A stretch of DNA of 64,000 bases from Gemmatimonadaceae bacterium. Lineage in GTDB: Bacteria > Gemmatimonadota > Gemmatimonadetes > Gemmatimonadales > Gemmatimonadaceae. Made by a program: the position numbers and the translations under genes. Positions 9,592 through 18,531 of the stretch are shown piece after piece; within the stretch, counting starts at the first letter, position 1; every line of letters starts with the position of its first letter. The notes below the pieces were generated by a model. The model was not told the DNA's origin, made no database searches, and was given only the letters and a program-made list of their open reading frames with translations. The DNA lies in contig DASYDJ010000068.1 of assembly GCA_036499625.1 (NCBI GenBank), forward strand, positions 21,988 through 85,987, written 5' to 3'.

Positions 9592-9681
9592 GTCATTCCG
9601 AGCGAAGCGAGGAATCTTTCCTCTCGCCAATTATTAGACGGGCGACGGAAGATCCCTCGTCGCTGCGCTCCTCGGGATGAC
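9592..9681. repeat. Family-1 palindromic intergenic element, copy 1
   Basis: GTCATTCCGAGCGAAGCGAGGAATC ... GATCCCTCGTCGCTGCGCTCCTCGGGATGAC. The arms are imperfect inverted repeats. It lies 5 nt after the mntR stop and 5 nt before the stop of the convergent GGDEF gene. Confidence 0.9.
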
Positions 9682-9686
9682 AGATT

Positions 9687-11333
9687 CTACTCCTCCGCGA
9701 GCGGAGTTCTCCCGAGCACTCTGTTCCGCCCCTCCGCTTTCGCGAGACCAAGGATGTCGTCGGCCGTGCGATAGAGCGCGGTCCAGTCGGCGCCGTCAGC
9801 AGGAAATTCGGCGATACCGGCGCTGAAGGTCACAGTCAGGCCGCCTTCCACGGAGTCGAACCGTTCGGCGCGAAGCTTGTCGAGCGCCAACGTCAGCCGG
9901 CGTACCGCGGCCTCGCCGGGCATGGAGTACATGCCGACGAGGAATTCTTCGCCGCCCCATCGTGCCACGATGTCTTCGCCGCGGAAACAGCCGGAAAGCA
10001 CCGCCGCGACGCGACGCAGCACCATGTCGCCCGTGAGATGGCCGTATCGATCGTTGACGTCCTTGAAATGATCGAGGTCGATGACGGCAACGGAAATCGG
10101 CAGCGCTTGGCGCTGCGCGAGCCGGATGAACCGCTCCAGGACCTCGATGCCGCGGCGCCGAGTCGCGACGCCGGTGAGACTGTCGACGTCGGCGGCCAAG
10201 CGCAGCATTCGAGTCCGCTCGAGGCGATTCCGCACGCGAGCAACGAGCTCCGGTCCGAGAACCGGTTTGGCGACGTAGTCGTCCGCACCGGCTTCGAACA
10301 TGCGCGTGACGACCGACGCTTCGGTGAGCGCGGTGAGAAAAAGCACGGGCACCGCGGCCCACCGCGGATCGTTGCGCAGGACGCGGCAAATCTCGATGCC
10401 GTTCAGGTGCGGCATGTCCGTGTCCAGCATCACGAGGTCCGGCGAGCTTTCGGCCAACACGTTGAGCACTCGGCGCGGATCGGTCACGGTGATGACGCGA
10501 GCGCGCAACGGCTGCAGCAGCGTTTCGATCAGCGCGAGCAGTTCCGGATCGTCGTCCACGGCCACGATCGTCGACGTTTCGCTGCGCACCACGAATAGCG
10601 AATCGCGCAGCAGGTCGATGACTTGCGACGGCCGCACCGGCTTTTGCAGAAATCCACGTCCGCCGAGTCGCGCTGCTTCCACGCGGTCGAGGAACTGCTC
10701 GCCGTCCGATACGACGATCACCGGCAAGCTCGGGTGATCGCGATAGAGCTCTTCCAGAAACGGAATTCCGGCGCCGGGCAGCGTCAGGTCGAGCAACATC
10801 GCATCGACGGTACCCTCGAGCGCGTTTCGGGCCTGATCCGCGGTGCTCGCGCCCACGACGTTGATGCCGAGCGATCGCGCTTCGCTGGCGAGCCGCTCTT
10901 GGAGTGTCGGATCATCGCCGACGACGAGCAGCCGCGCATGCGCCGCGAGCAAGTCGCGCGGCGAGGGCGGAACGATTTGCTGCGAAGCGATTCCGCCGTT
11001 CGGACGTGCGCCCTCGAGCTGGAGCCGGAGCTGCTCGGACAAATTTGACAGACGCAGCACGTCGGCCGACGCGATCGGATCGGTGCCCTGCAGAATCAGC
11101 TCCGCCTGACGCGCGAGCTCCGAGGCATCCCAAAACCCGAACATTCCCGCCGCACCTGCCAGCTTGTGCGTCTCGCGCTCGACGGTGCGTCGCACATCAG
11201 GGGTCAACGGTTCGACGAGCAAGGTTTGCGCGGCGTCCTCGAGAGCGGCGACGCGCTTCAGAATGGCGGTTCGAGATTTTTCCCAGATCGCGCCAACGGC
11301 GTCTTGCATGCGGGCTTCGCTCACATGGACCAT
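9687..11333 (-). CDS. Hpt-REC-REC-GGDEF response regulator / diguanylate cyclase
   Basis: Start set to ATG 11333, overlapping the upstream stop; ATG 11306 is an alternative. Hpt 'ETHKLAGAAGMFG'. Two receivers ('LLDLTLPG', 'VMLDTDMPHLNG'). GGDEF domain with intact 'RWGGEEF'. Confidence 0.85.
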   Translation of the reverse strand: MVHVSEARMQDAVGAIWEKSRTAILKRVAALEDAAQTLLVEPLTPDVRRTVERETHKLAGAAGMFGFWDASELARQAELILQGTDPIASADVLRLSNLSEQLRLQLEGARPNGGIASQQIVPPSPRDLLAAHARLLVVGDDPTLQERLASEARSLGINVVGASTADQARNALEGTVDAMLLDLTLPGAGIPFLEELYRDHPSLPVIVVSDGEQFLDRVEAARLGGRGFLQKPVRPSQVIDLLRDSLFVVRSETSTIVAVDDDPELLALIETLLQPLRARVITVTDPRRVLNVLAESSPDLVMLDTDMPHLNGIEICRVLRNDPRWAAVPVLFLTALTEASVVTRMFEAGADDYVAKPVLGPELVARVRNRLERTRMLRLAADVDSLTGVATRRRGIEVLERFIRLAQRQALPISVAVIDLDHFKDVNDRYGHLTGDMVLRRVAAVLSGCFRGEDIVARWGGEEFLVGMYSMPGEAAVRRLTLALDKLRAERFDSVEGGLTVTFSAGIAEFPADGADWTALYRTADDILGLAKAEGRNRVLGRTPLAEE

Positions 11334-11698
11334 CCCAGGAGCGCAGCGACTTGATCGGAAAGGGTCATCGGGTCGAACGGTTTGGCGAGGACGCCACTGA
11401 CGCCGAGTGCCAGCAGGCGCTCGCGTTCGGCGGGGCGTGATTTGGCGGTCAGAAATACCACGGGAATGGCGCGAGTCCGTTCGCCGCGACGTAGAAGCTC
11501 GAAAGTGGCTGGTCCGTCGACGCCGGGCATCATGACGTCGAGCAGAATGGCGTCCGGCGGAGCAGCCGTTGCCGCCTCGACGCCCGCCGGGCCCGACGCG
11601 GCCGTGAGCACCGTCCACGATGCACCGAGCTGCAGAGCCAATTGAGCAATCTCGCGAATGTCGTCGTCGTCATCGATGACGAGCAAAGTCTTCGTCAT
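11321..11698 (-). CDS. Single-domain CheY-like response regulator
   Basis: 125 aa. 'LLVIDDDDD', 'ILLDVMMPGVDG' and 'VVFLTAK'. Confidence 0.9.
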   Translation of the reverse strand: MTKTLLVIDDDDDIREIAQLALQLGASWTVLTAASGPAGVEAATAAPPDAILLDVMMPGVDGPATFELLRRGERTRAIPVVFLTAKSRPAERERLLALGVSGVLAKPFDPMTLSDQVAALLGWSM

Positions 11699-13680
11699 GC
11701 AGTCGCGGATTGCGTCAGAAGGGTCTGTTGCAGCAGCCGATCGATTTCATCGGCCACTTGCCCAGGGTTCGCGGCGGCTTTCGTCATCACGGATGTTCCA
11801 GTCGCGCGCGCGAAGTCGCGTTCATCTGGTTCGAGATACGCGCCGGTGTACAAAATGGTTTTGGTGGAGGGCGAGGTCGCGCGGACGTGACGTATGATCT
11901 GTAGGCCGCTGACGTCTGGCAGGTGAGTATCGACGATCACGGCATTGGCGGGAGTTCCATCGAAGCGCTGCATGGCGTCCTTTCCGAGACTGGCCGTCAT
12001 GACGCGATAGCCGCGCTGTTCGAGGGTCGCCCGTAAGACGACTAGCAGGTCCACGTCGTCATCGCATACCAGGACGAGGGGCGCTGTCGAGACTCCTGGC
12101 GCCGGGGTGTTTCGGACGACGGCGAGCGGAATGGTGAACCGAAAGGTGGTGCCTTCGCCGAGGACGCTCTCGACCCACATCCTGCCGCCGTGCTGCTGCA
12201 CGATGCCTCGGGAGATGGCGAGTCCAAGGCCGCTGCCGCCTTTATCGCGCGAATCGGAAGCATCCACCTGCTGGAAGCGGTCGAACACGCTCTCGAGCTT
12301 GTCCGCCGGAATGCCTCGGCCTTCATCGCGCACCGAGAACGTGGCGAATGTGTCGTCGGCGGTGACCTCAACGATCACGTTCGACCCGGCGGGCGAGAAC
12401 TTGACGGCGTTGTCGACGAGGTTCGTGAGCGTTTGCGCCATCCGGTCCGCGTCGGCCCACACGGCGATGCTGGGCGCTGACCAGTGGACCGCGATTCCCG
12501 CTTTGTCCGCCAGCGGTGTGATGGTCTCGACGACCTGCTCCACCAGATCGCGGACGTCGCACCTGGCTTGCTCGAACGTGGGCGCGTTGGAGTTGATGCG
12601 CTCCACGTCGAGGATGTTGTTGATCAGTCGAATCAGCCGATCCGTATTCGCGGCGGCCAGATCGATCATGCGCTGCCGCTTCTCGACTGACTCTTCGAGC
12701 CGCCCGCTCGCGAGCAAGCCAAGCGCGCCGCGGATGGACGTGAGCGGCGTGCGGAGCTCGTGGCTCACCATCGAGACGAACTCGCCCTTGAGCCGATCGA
12801 CTTCTTTGCGTTCGCTGATGTCGCGCGCGATGATCTGCACTCGGCCGTCGTCGAGCAGCGTCGCGCGCACTTCGACCGGAACGCGCGAGTCGTCTGGGCG
12901 AACGATCCAGAACTCGCCGGTCGTCACCTGGCCATAGCGGAGCATCGGGAGGCCGGCCGGGCGCTTGGGATCATCGCCGCGTAAGAATCCACTGAGCGGC
13001 ATGCCCATGAATTCTGCCTTTGGCCGGCCGATGATGTCGGTGGCACGCGCGTTCGCATCGACGCAGACGGCGTCCGAGTCGACGATGATGATGGCGTCCG
13101 CCGCCTGCTCCATGAGGAGCCGATGTTTCGTTTCACTGTCTTGCAGCGCCATTTCGGTCCGGCGGCGCGCCTCGAGATCGCGATGCAGCAGCGCGAGCGC
13201 CACCCCCATGAGGGTCGTGGCCAGAATGGTACTGAACACGATGATCACGGTGTTCAGCCGCTCCACGTTGGCGGCTTTCGCGATGCGCTCGCCGAGCAGT
13301 TGTCGCTCTTGCGCCTGCATCTCGCCGATGATGGTGAGAATGGGCCCCGGCGGCCCATCGATGAGGCGCGTCAGCGTGTCCAGCCGGGCCTGCTCGACCG
13401 CATTGTCGGCCGTGAGGTCGCGGATCGTCGCGAGCTCGGTGACGGTGGCCGGATCGCTGCCGTGCTCGAGCACGCGTGTCTGGATTTCGATTCGGTCGAG
13501 GTGCCCGAGCACTTCATACGTGTGCGCGACCCAGTCGCCCTCGTTCTGCAGCCGGCGCGTGCTCAGATACGACAGCGCACCGACGAGCACGAGCGCCACG
13601 ACGCCAACCAAGAAGCCGGCGTCAATCGCTGGACGTCCGCGCAGAAATCGGTGAGAACGAGGCCGAGGCATTGCCTTCAA
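11695..13680 (-). CDS. Hybrid sensor histidine kinase (TM sensor-PAS-HisKA-HATPase-REC)
   Basis: 661 aa. N-terminal TM plus a CHASE3-like segment and a PAS domain. H-box 'VSHELRTPLTSI'. HATPase ('DEGRGIP', 'GSGLGLAIS'). C-terminal receiver 'VIVDTHLPDVSG'. Confidence 0.9.
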   Translation of the reverse strand: MKAMPRPRSHRFLRGRPAIDAGFLVGVVALVLVGALSYLSTRRLQNEGDWVAHTYEVLGHLDRIEIQTRVLEHGSDPATVTELATIRDLTADNAVEQARLDTLTRLIDGPPGPILTIIGEMQAQERQLLGERIAKAANVERLNTVIIVFSTILATTLMGVALALLHRDLEARRRTEMALQDSETKHRLLMEQAADAIIIVDSDAVCVDANARATDIIGRPKAEFMGMPLSGFLRGDDPKRPAGLPMLRYGQVTTGEFWIVRPDDSRVPVEVRATLLDDGRVQIIARDISERKEVDRLKGEFVSMVSHELRTPLTSIRGALGLLASGRLEESVEKRQRMIDLAAANTDRLIRLINNILDVERINSNAPTFEQARCDVRDLVEQVVETITPLADKAGIAVHWSAPSIAVWADADRMAQTLTNLVDNAVKFSPAGSNVIVEVTADDTFATFSVRDEGRGIPADKLESVFDRFQQVDASDSRDKGGSGLGLAISRGIVQQHGGRMWVESVLGEGTTFRFTIPLAVVRNTPAPGVSTAPLVLVCDDDVDLLVVLRATLEQRGYRVMTASLGKDAMQRFDGTPANAVIVDTHLPDVSGLQIIRHVRATSPSTKTILYTGAYLEPDERDFARATGTSVMTKAAANPGQVADEIDRLLQQTLLTQSATA

Positions 13681-13772
13681 GACTACGAGTCCGACGCTCG
13701 CACGGTAGAGGGTGATTCTCGGAACGCCTCTTGCCCCGCCAACGGCCGGGCGACTCGACGAACGGAGGAGGC

Positions 13773-14153
13773 ATGGCAGCGACCCGCATGCACATCGATC
13801 CTGATATTGGCATTCCGGACCTCGTGCGCAGTTTGAAGGACGATTCCACGCGTCTCGTCCGCGACGAGATCAGGCTTGGCAAGCTCGAGCTGCACGATGA
13901 CGTGAAACGCGCCGGCCATGGCTCCCTGTGGCTCGGAGCGTCGTTCGCGGTGGGCATCGTCACGCTCGTTCTAGGCACGTTTGCGATCGCGACGCTCATC
14001 GGTCGACTGGCGGCAGGTCACATGTGGGTCGGCGCCGTCGTCGTGGGAGTCGTGGAGCTCGCACTCGGCATAGTGCTGATCAAGCGCGGGCGCACTGTAT
14101 TTGGCGAGCCGTCGTACAGCTTGGAGCAGACCCGCGCGGGACTCGGCCGCTAG
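13773..14153 (+). CDS. Small two-TM membrane protein (holin-X/DUF1469-like)
   Basis: ATG 13773 lies directly after GGAGGAGG. Amphipathic 'LVRDEIRLGKLEL' is followed by two hydrophobic helices. Family assignment is by eye. Confidence 0.55.
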   Translation: MAATRMHIDPDIGIPDLVRSLKDDSTRLVRDEIRLGKLELHDDVKRAGHGSLWLGASFAVGIVTLVLGTFAIATLIGRLAAGHMWVGAVVVGVVELALGIVLIKRGRTVFGEPSYSLEQTRAGLGR

Positions 14154-14162
14154 CTTTCCGGC

Positions 14163-15050
14163 ATGCTCGCCGCGCTGCTGATTGCGGCTCTGTCTCAGTC
14201 AGTCTCGCAATCGATCGATTCCACGCCGCCACGCCACCCGCCGCGCTCCATCGCCATCGATGAGCGCTTGGCGGCCGACGCGCACATCGCGATCGGAAAT
14301 CAGATCGTTCTCTCGGCTATCCCAGGCGGCGCCGGCGACACGGTGATTGTCGGCGCAATCGTCAAGCGCACTGCGGATCCATCAGAGGTGGCGCGCGCGG
14401 AGTACCGCGTGCGCGTGCATCTGGATGAGCTGCAGTCACTGATCGGCTACAGCGATCGTGTCGACAGATTTGCCGTCGCCACGCACGAGACATCGCAGGC
14501 GGACAGCGCAGTGCGCCGGATCAACGCGTCGGCGTTCGGATTTCAGGCGTACAAGTCCCGCGACATCGCGGTCGAGACCTCGCAGACCTTTCTCGTGGTC
14601 AGCCGATTCCATCGCGCGATCGGCGTGATCACCATCGTGGCGAGCGCGATCTTTCTGCTGTGCATCATGCTGCTCAAGGTCGACGAGCGGCGCCGAGATG
14701 TCGCCGCACTGCGGCTCATGGGCATTTCGTCGGCGTCGATTGTACGCTCAGTGATGGTGGAGGCGGCCCTCATCGCGGTGCTTGGCAGCGCGATGGGCGT
14801 GGTAATTGGTTGGCTGGCTGCGCAGATCGTGAATTGGCACTATCGCGGCGTGTATCGCACGCCGCTCGCGTTCGCGATCGTCACGCCGTCGATCGTGCTG
14901 TTGGCGGTCGTGCTGTCGCTCGTGTTGGGTCTCGTCGCCGGATTCCTCGCGGCGCAGCGCCTCGTGCATCTCTCGGCGCTGGAGCTGCTGAGCGGGCGGC
15001 GCGAAGAGCGTGGACCTGCTTCCGGTGCTTCTGCTGCGACGTCCGCCTGA
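14163..15050 (+). CDS. FtsX-family ABC transporter permease (subunit 1)
   Basis: 295 aa. Signal/TM1, a periplasmic domain and a C-terminal FtsX module 'ALRLMGISSASIVRSVMVEAALIAVLGS'. Confidence 0.8.
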   Translation: MLAALLIAALSQSVSQSIDSTPPRHPPRSIAIDERLAADAHIAIGNQIVLSAIPGGAGDTVIVGAIVKRTADPSEVARAEYRVRVHLDELQSLIGYSDRVDRFAVATHETSQADSAVRRINASAFGFQAYKSRDIAVETSQTFLVVSRFHRAIGVITIVASAIFLLCIMLLKVDERRRDVAALRLMGISSASIVRSVMVEAALIAVLGSAMGVVIGWLAAQIVNWHYRGVYRTPLAFAIVTPSIVLLAVVLSLVLGLVAGFLAAQRLVHLSALELLSGRREERGPASGASAATSA

Positions 15051-16237
15051 TGTTGTTCCGACTCGCCTGGGTCACGCTGACTCGACACCGAAGCCGCACG
15101 CTCCTCGCCATGCTTGGCGTTGCCGTATCGGCGGCGATGCTCCTCGACATGGTGATGCTGTCGAGCGGCATGCGGGCGTCGTTCAAGAATTTGCTGCTGT
15201 CGCGCGGATTTCAGCTTCGTCTGGCGCCGAAAGGCACGCTGCCGTTCGATACCGAAGCGACGATCCCCGACGCCAGCGGCGTGATTCGCGTGCTGCAGTC
15301 GATGCCGGGCGTCGAAACGGTAAGCCCTGTACTCGGCGGGCAGCTCCACGTGATCGCAGGCACGCGATCGATCACCGCAACTACGCTCGGCGTCCACTCG
15401 GCAGTGCAGGGCGATTATGAGATTACTCATGGCCGAGCGCCGGCGGCGGCGAACGAGCTGGTGGCGAGCGACGACTTTCTGAGGGCGAGTGGCGCGCACT
15501 TGGGCGACACGATCTCCGCCGCCGCCGGCTACGATCCCGAGCTGCGCGCGTTCAGCGGGCAGCGGCGGCTGGTCATCGTTGGGCTGGCGCATTTCCTCTA
15601 CATGCCGGCCGAACAGCGCGCGGTGTCTCTTCCCCTAGAGACTCTACAGGAGATGCAGGGAAGCTCCGCGCGCGACCGTGCCTCGCTGTTCATGGTGAAG
15701 GCGCGCAACGGTGTTGCGGTCGACACGCTGCTCGCGCAGATCGAAACCGCACTCCCGCGCGTCTCGGCCGTCTCCACCGAAACGGCAATGCATCAAGTCG
15801 ACCAGCGCCTCAGCTACTTTAGACAACTCGCATTAATACTCGGCGCCGTGAGCCTCGCTGTAGGATTTTTGCTTGTTACTACTCTCGTGACCGTCTCGGT
15901 GAACGAACGCCTCGGCGAGATCGTCGTGATGCGCGCCATCGGCGTCGCGCGCACGCGCATCGTGTTGCAAATCACGCTCGAGGGAATCGCGATCATGGTC
16001 GTCGGCACGCTCGCTGGGTTGGGGCTGGGATTGCTCACCGCACGCTATCTCAACTCCATTCTCGCCTCGTTCCCGGGATTGCCTGCCGCCATCGACTTCT
16101 TCCTCTTCGAGCCGCGCGACGCATGGATGGCGCTCGGCCTGCTCACCGTGGCTGGAATTCTCGCCGGCATCTATCCGAGTTGGCGCGGCGCCTCGCTGCC
16201 GATCGCGGCGACGCTGCGTGAAGAGGCAGTCGGATGA
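15050..16237 (+). CDS. FtsX/MacB-family ABC transporter permease (subunit 2)
   Basis: ATG 15050 overlaps the upstream stop (TGATG). 'LAWVTLTRHRSRTLLAMLGVAVS', a periplasmic domain, then 'VMRAIGVARTRIVLQITLEGIAIMVVG'. Confidence 0.85.
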   Translation: MLFRLAWVTLTRHRSRTLLAMLGVAVSAAMLLDMVMLSSGMRASFKNLLLSRGFQLRLAPKGTLPFDTEATIPDASGVIRVLQSMPGVETVSPVLGGQLHVIAGTRSITATTLGVHSAVQGDYEITHGRAPAAANELVASDDFLRASGAHLGDTISAAAGYDPELRAFSGQRRLVIVGLAHFLYMPAEQRAVSLPLETLQEMQGSSARDRASLFMVKARNGVAVDTLLAQIETALPRVSAVSTETAMHQVDQRLSYFRQLALILGAVSLAVGFLLVTTLVTVSVNERLGEIVVMRAIGVARTRIVLQITLEGIAIMVVGTLAGLGLGLLTARYLNSILASFPGLPAAIDFFLFEPRDAWMALGLLTVAGILAGIYPSWRGASLPIAATLREEAVG

Positions 16238-16929
16238 CCGACGCCCTCCTGCAAGCGCGCGATCTGCGTCGCGAATACCACATGGGTGGTGAGCTCGTGC
16301 GCGCCGTACGAGGCGTGACGCTCGACGTCGCGCGCGGCGACTACGTCGCGATCGTCGGGCCTTCTGGCTGCGGCAAGTCGACAACACTCAACCTGCTCGG
16401 CGGCATCGACCGCCCGACGTCGGGCTCCGTGACGATCGACGGCCAACGCATCGACCAACTTCGCGACGCCGCGGCGACGCGCTTTCGATTGTTGCATGTC
16501 GGTTTCGTCTTTCAGCGCTTCTACCTGATGCCGGCGTTGAGCGCGATCGAGAACGTCGAGCTGCCAATGGCCGAAGCCAAGCTCCCGCGCGACAAGCGAC
16601 TCGCGCGCGCGAGAGAGTTGCTGGCGTACGTCGGCCTCGGTTCGCGACACGACCATCGCCCCGCGCAACTCTCGGGTGGCGAACAGCAGCGCGTGGCCAT
16701 TGCACGCGCCCTCGCGAACTCGCCGCAACTCTTGCTCGCCGACGAGCCCACAGGCGAGCTCGATGCGAAGACCGGCACCGAGATGATTCAACTGCTCGAG
16801 CGCGTGAATGCCGATGGCACCACGATCGTGGTCGTCACGCACGACGAGCAGCTCGCCGACGCCGCGCATCGGGTGGTGCACATGCGCGACGGTGTCGTGG
16901 TGGACGACCGGCGAAAGAACGGCGCATGA
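16234..16929 (+). CDS. ABC transporter ATP-binding protein (MacB/LolD type)
   Basis: Walker A 'GPSGCGKST', signature '[15 protein letters not shown]' and Walker B '[12 protein letters not shown]'. Start overlaps the upstream stop. Confidence 0.95.
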   Translation: MTDALLQARDLRREYHMGGELVRAVRGVTLDVARGDYVAIVGPSGCGKSTTLNLLGGIDRPTSGSVTIDGQRIDQLRDAAATRFRLLHVGFVFQRFYLMPALSAIENVELPMAEAKLPRDKRLARARELLAYVGLGSRHDHRPAQLSGGEQQRVAIARALANSPQLLLADEPTGELDAKTGTEMIQLLERVNADGTTIVVVTHDEQLADAAHRVVHMRDGVVVDDRRKNGA

Positions 16930-16936
16930 GCGGCGC

Positions 16937-18430
16937 ATGATCGGCCTGCTCGCCCTCCGCAACATCGTCCTGCGCCCCTGGCGCTCGGCGTTTCTGCTCT
17001 TTGGCTACAGCCTGGGCGTCGCCGTGATGATCGTGCTGCTCTCGATTGGCGAAGCGCTCCTCTCGCAGTCGCGCGACGAGAAGCTCGTTGGCGGCGGCGA
17101 CGTCACCGTGCTGCCCGAAGGCATTGATGTCGAAGTGATGAAGACCGGTGGACTTGGCGGCTTGTTCTTTTCCATCGACCATGCGCGGTTTGTCTACGCG
17201 CAACTGCTTGCGGCTCCGCGCCTCGCGTCGAGCGTGGCCGCCGTTGCGCCGCAAATCGAAGGCAAGCTGCTCTACGCGCGCGCGAGCGACGGGCGTGAGA
17301 CGCCGGTCATGGCGAGCGGCGAGATTCCGTCGCGCACGATCGCCGTCGGCGCGATGCCGCCGCTCGCGGGCGGCGCATGGAGCGACGATTCGATCGATCA
17401 CGCGTGGCGCCTTCCGAGTGGCGCCGAGCTTCGTGACGCGATCGATCACTTTCATCTGCCCCCGGCTGAAGCGCGCGCCGATCCGACGTGGGCGGAGTGG
17501 CACTACTTCAATCTGCTGTCGCCCGACCATTCGAAGTGGGCGTTCGTGTCGTTCATCGTCGCGGGTGCAGTACCGAACGGCCAGTGGGGAGGGCAGGTGC
17601 TCGTCACGCTGCACGAGCAAGGCGGCCACTCGCGCCGATTTGTCGCGACGGTGCCGAACACCGCGGTGCGCATGTCGACGTCGCGCGCGAATCTGGCAAT
17701 CGGTCAGTCGACCGTCACCGTGCTTCCCGACGGACGCTACGCGGTGAAAGCGCGCGCGAAGGAAGACGGTGGATCGAGCACCGTCGACGTCGATCTCGTC
17801 GTATCGCCTGCGCCAGGCGCGTACTTTCCCGGGGCCGCGTTATCGAGCGGCGAAACGGTATCTGGCTACGTCGTTCCCGCACTGCGTGCCGACGCGAGCG
17901 GGTCGATTTGCGTCGACAGCAAGTGTGATCACTACACCGACGCACAGGCGTACCACGATCACAACTGGGGCGTGTGGCGCGGCGTGACGTGGGAGTGGGG
18001 CGCGGCACGCGCTGGCGCATTCACATTGTTATATGGCCGCGTGCAGCCGTCCGACAGCGCGGCCGCTACTCAACCTCTATTCGCGTACGTCGTGGATTCG
18101 CTCGGCTACCTTGCCGTGTTTCGCCCGCGCACCATCACATATGACGACACACGTGAGGTACGCGTGGGCAACCGTACCATTCGCGTTCCCGGCCACGCAA
18201 CGATGGTCGACGTCCGCGGCGACGACACGCTGCAAGTCGATCTCGACATCGAAGATGCCACGGCGACCGACACGCGCACGCCCGGCGTGGAGCGCGGCGA
18301 AGGACTTAGCTCGCGCCACATCGACAAGCCGTACTTCGTGCAGATGAAAGGCCGAATGACGATTCGCGGTCGCGTCGGCGGAAAACCGATCGCTGGCACG
18401 GGCGCCGGATTCTTCGAAACGTATCGCTAG
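16937..18430 (+). CDS. Membrane-anchored protein: MacB-like N-terminus fused to a CrtC/AttH-like beta-rich domain
   Basis: ATG 16937. 'LALRNIVLRPWRSAFLLFGYSLGVAVMIVLLSIG' looks like an FtsX/MacB TM1, but no C-terminal FtsX TMs follow. The C-terminal ~300 aa contain 'WAEWHYFNLL', reminiscent of the hydroxyneurosporene-synthase/AttH lipocalin-like domain (by eye). Confidence 0.6.
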   Translation: MIGLLALRNIVLRPWRSAFLLFGYSLGVAVMIVLLSIGEALLSQSRDEKLVGGGDVTVLPEGIDVEVMKTGGLGGLFFSIDHARFVYAQLLAAPRLASSVAAVAPQIEGKLLYARASDGRETPVMASGEIPSRTIAVGAMPPLAGGAWSDDSIDHAWRLPSGAELRDAIDHFHLPPAEARADPTWAEWHYFNLLSPDHSKWAFVSFIVAGAVPNGQWGGQVLVTLHEQGGHSRRFVATVPNTAVRMSTSRANLAIGQSTVTVLPDGRYAVKARAKEDGGSSTVDVDLVVSPAPGAYFPGAALSSGETVSGYVVPALRADASGSICVDSKCDHYTDAQAYHDHNWGVWRGVTWEWGAARAGAFTLLYGRVQPSDSAAATQPLFAYVVDSLGYLAVFRPRTITYDDTREVRVGNRTIRVPGHATMVDVRGDDTLQVDLDIEDATATDTRTPGVERGEGLSSRHIDKPYFVQMKGRMTIRGRVGGKPIAGTGAGFFETYR

Positions 18431-18433
18431 TCT

Positions 18434-18525
18434 GTCATTCCGAGCGCAGCGAGGAATCTTCTGTCTGGGTCGCGTAGCTGGCTTCGCGGCTCGGACGGCA
18501 GATCCCTCGCTTCGCTCGGGATGAC
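18434..18525. repeat. Family-1 palindromic intergenic element, copy 2
   Basis: GTCATTCCGAGCGCAGCGAGGAATCT ... AGATCCCTCGCTTCGCTCGGGATGAC. The 25-nt arms are nearly perfect inverted repeats. It lies between convergent stops (18430 and 18532). Confidence 0.9.
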
Positions 18526-18531
18526 ATCGGG

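Noticed and set aside
13773-14153. 'Phage holin' as evidence of a prophage or lysis cassette
   Set aside because: There is no endolysin, spanin or any other phage gene nearby. This small-membrane-protein family is commonly chromosomal and stress-associated.
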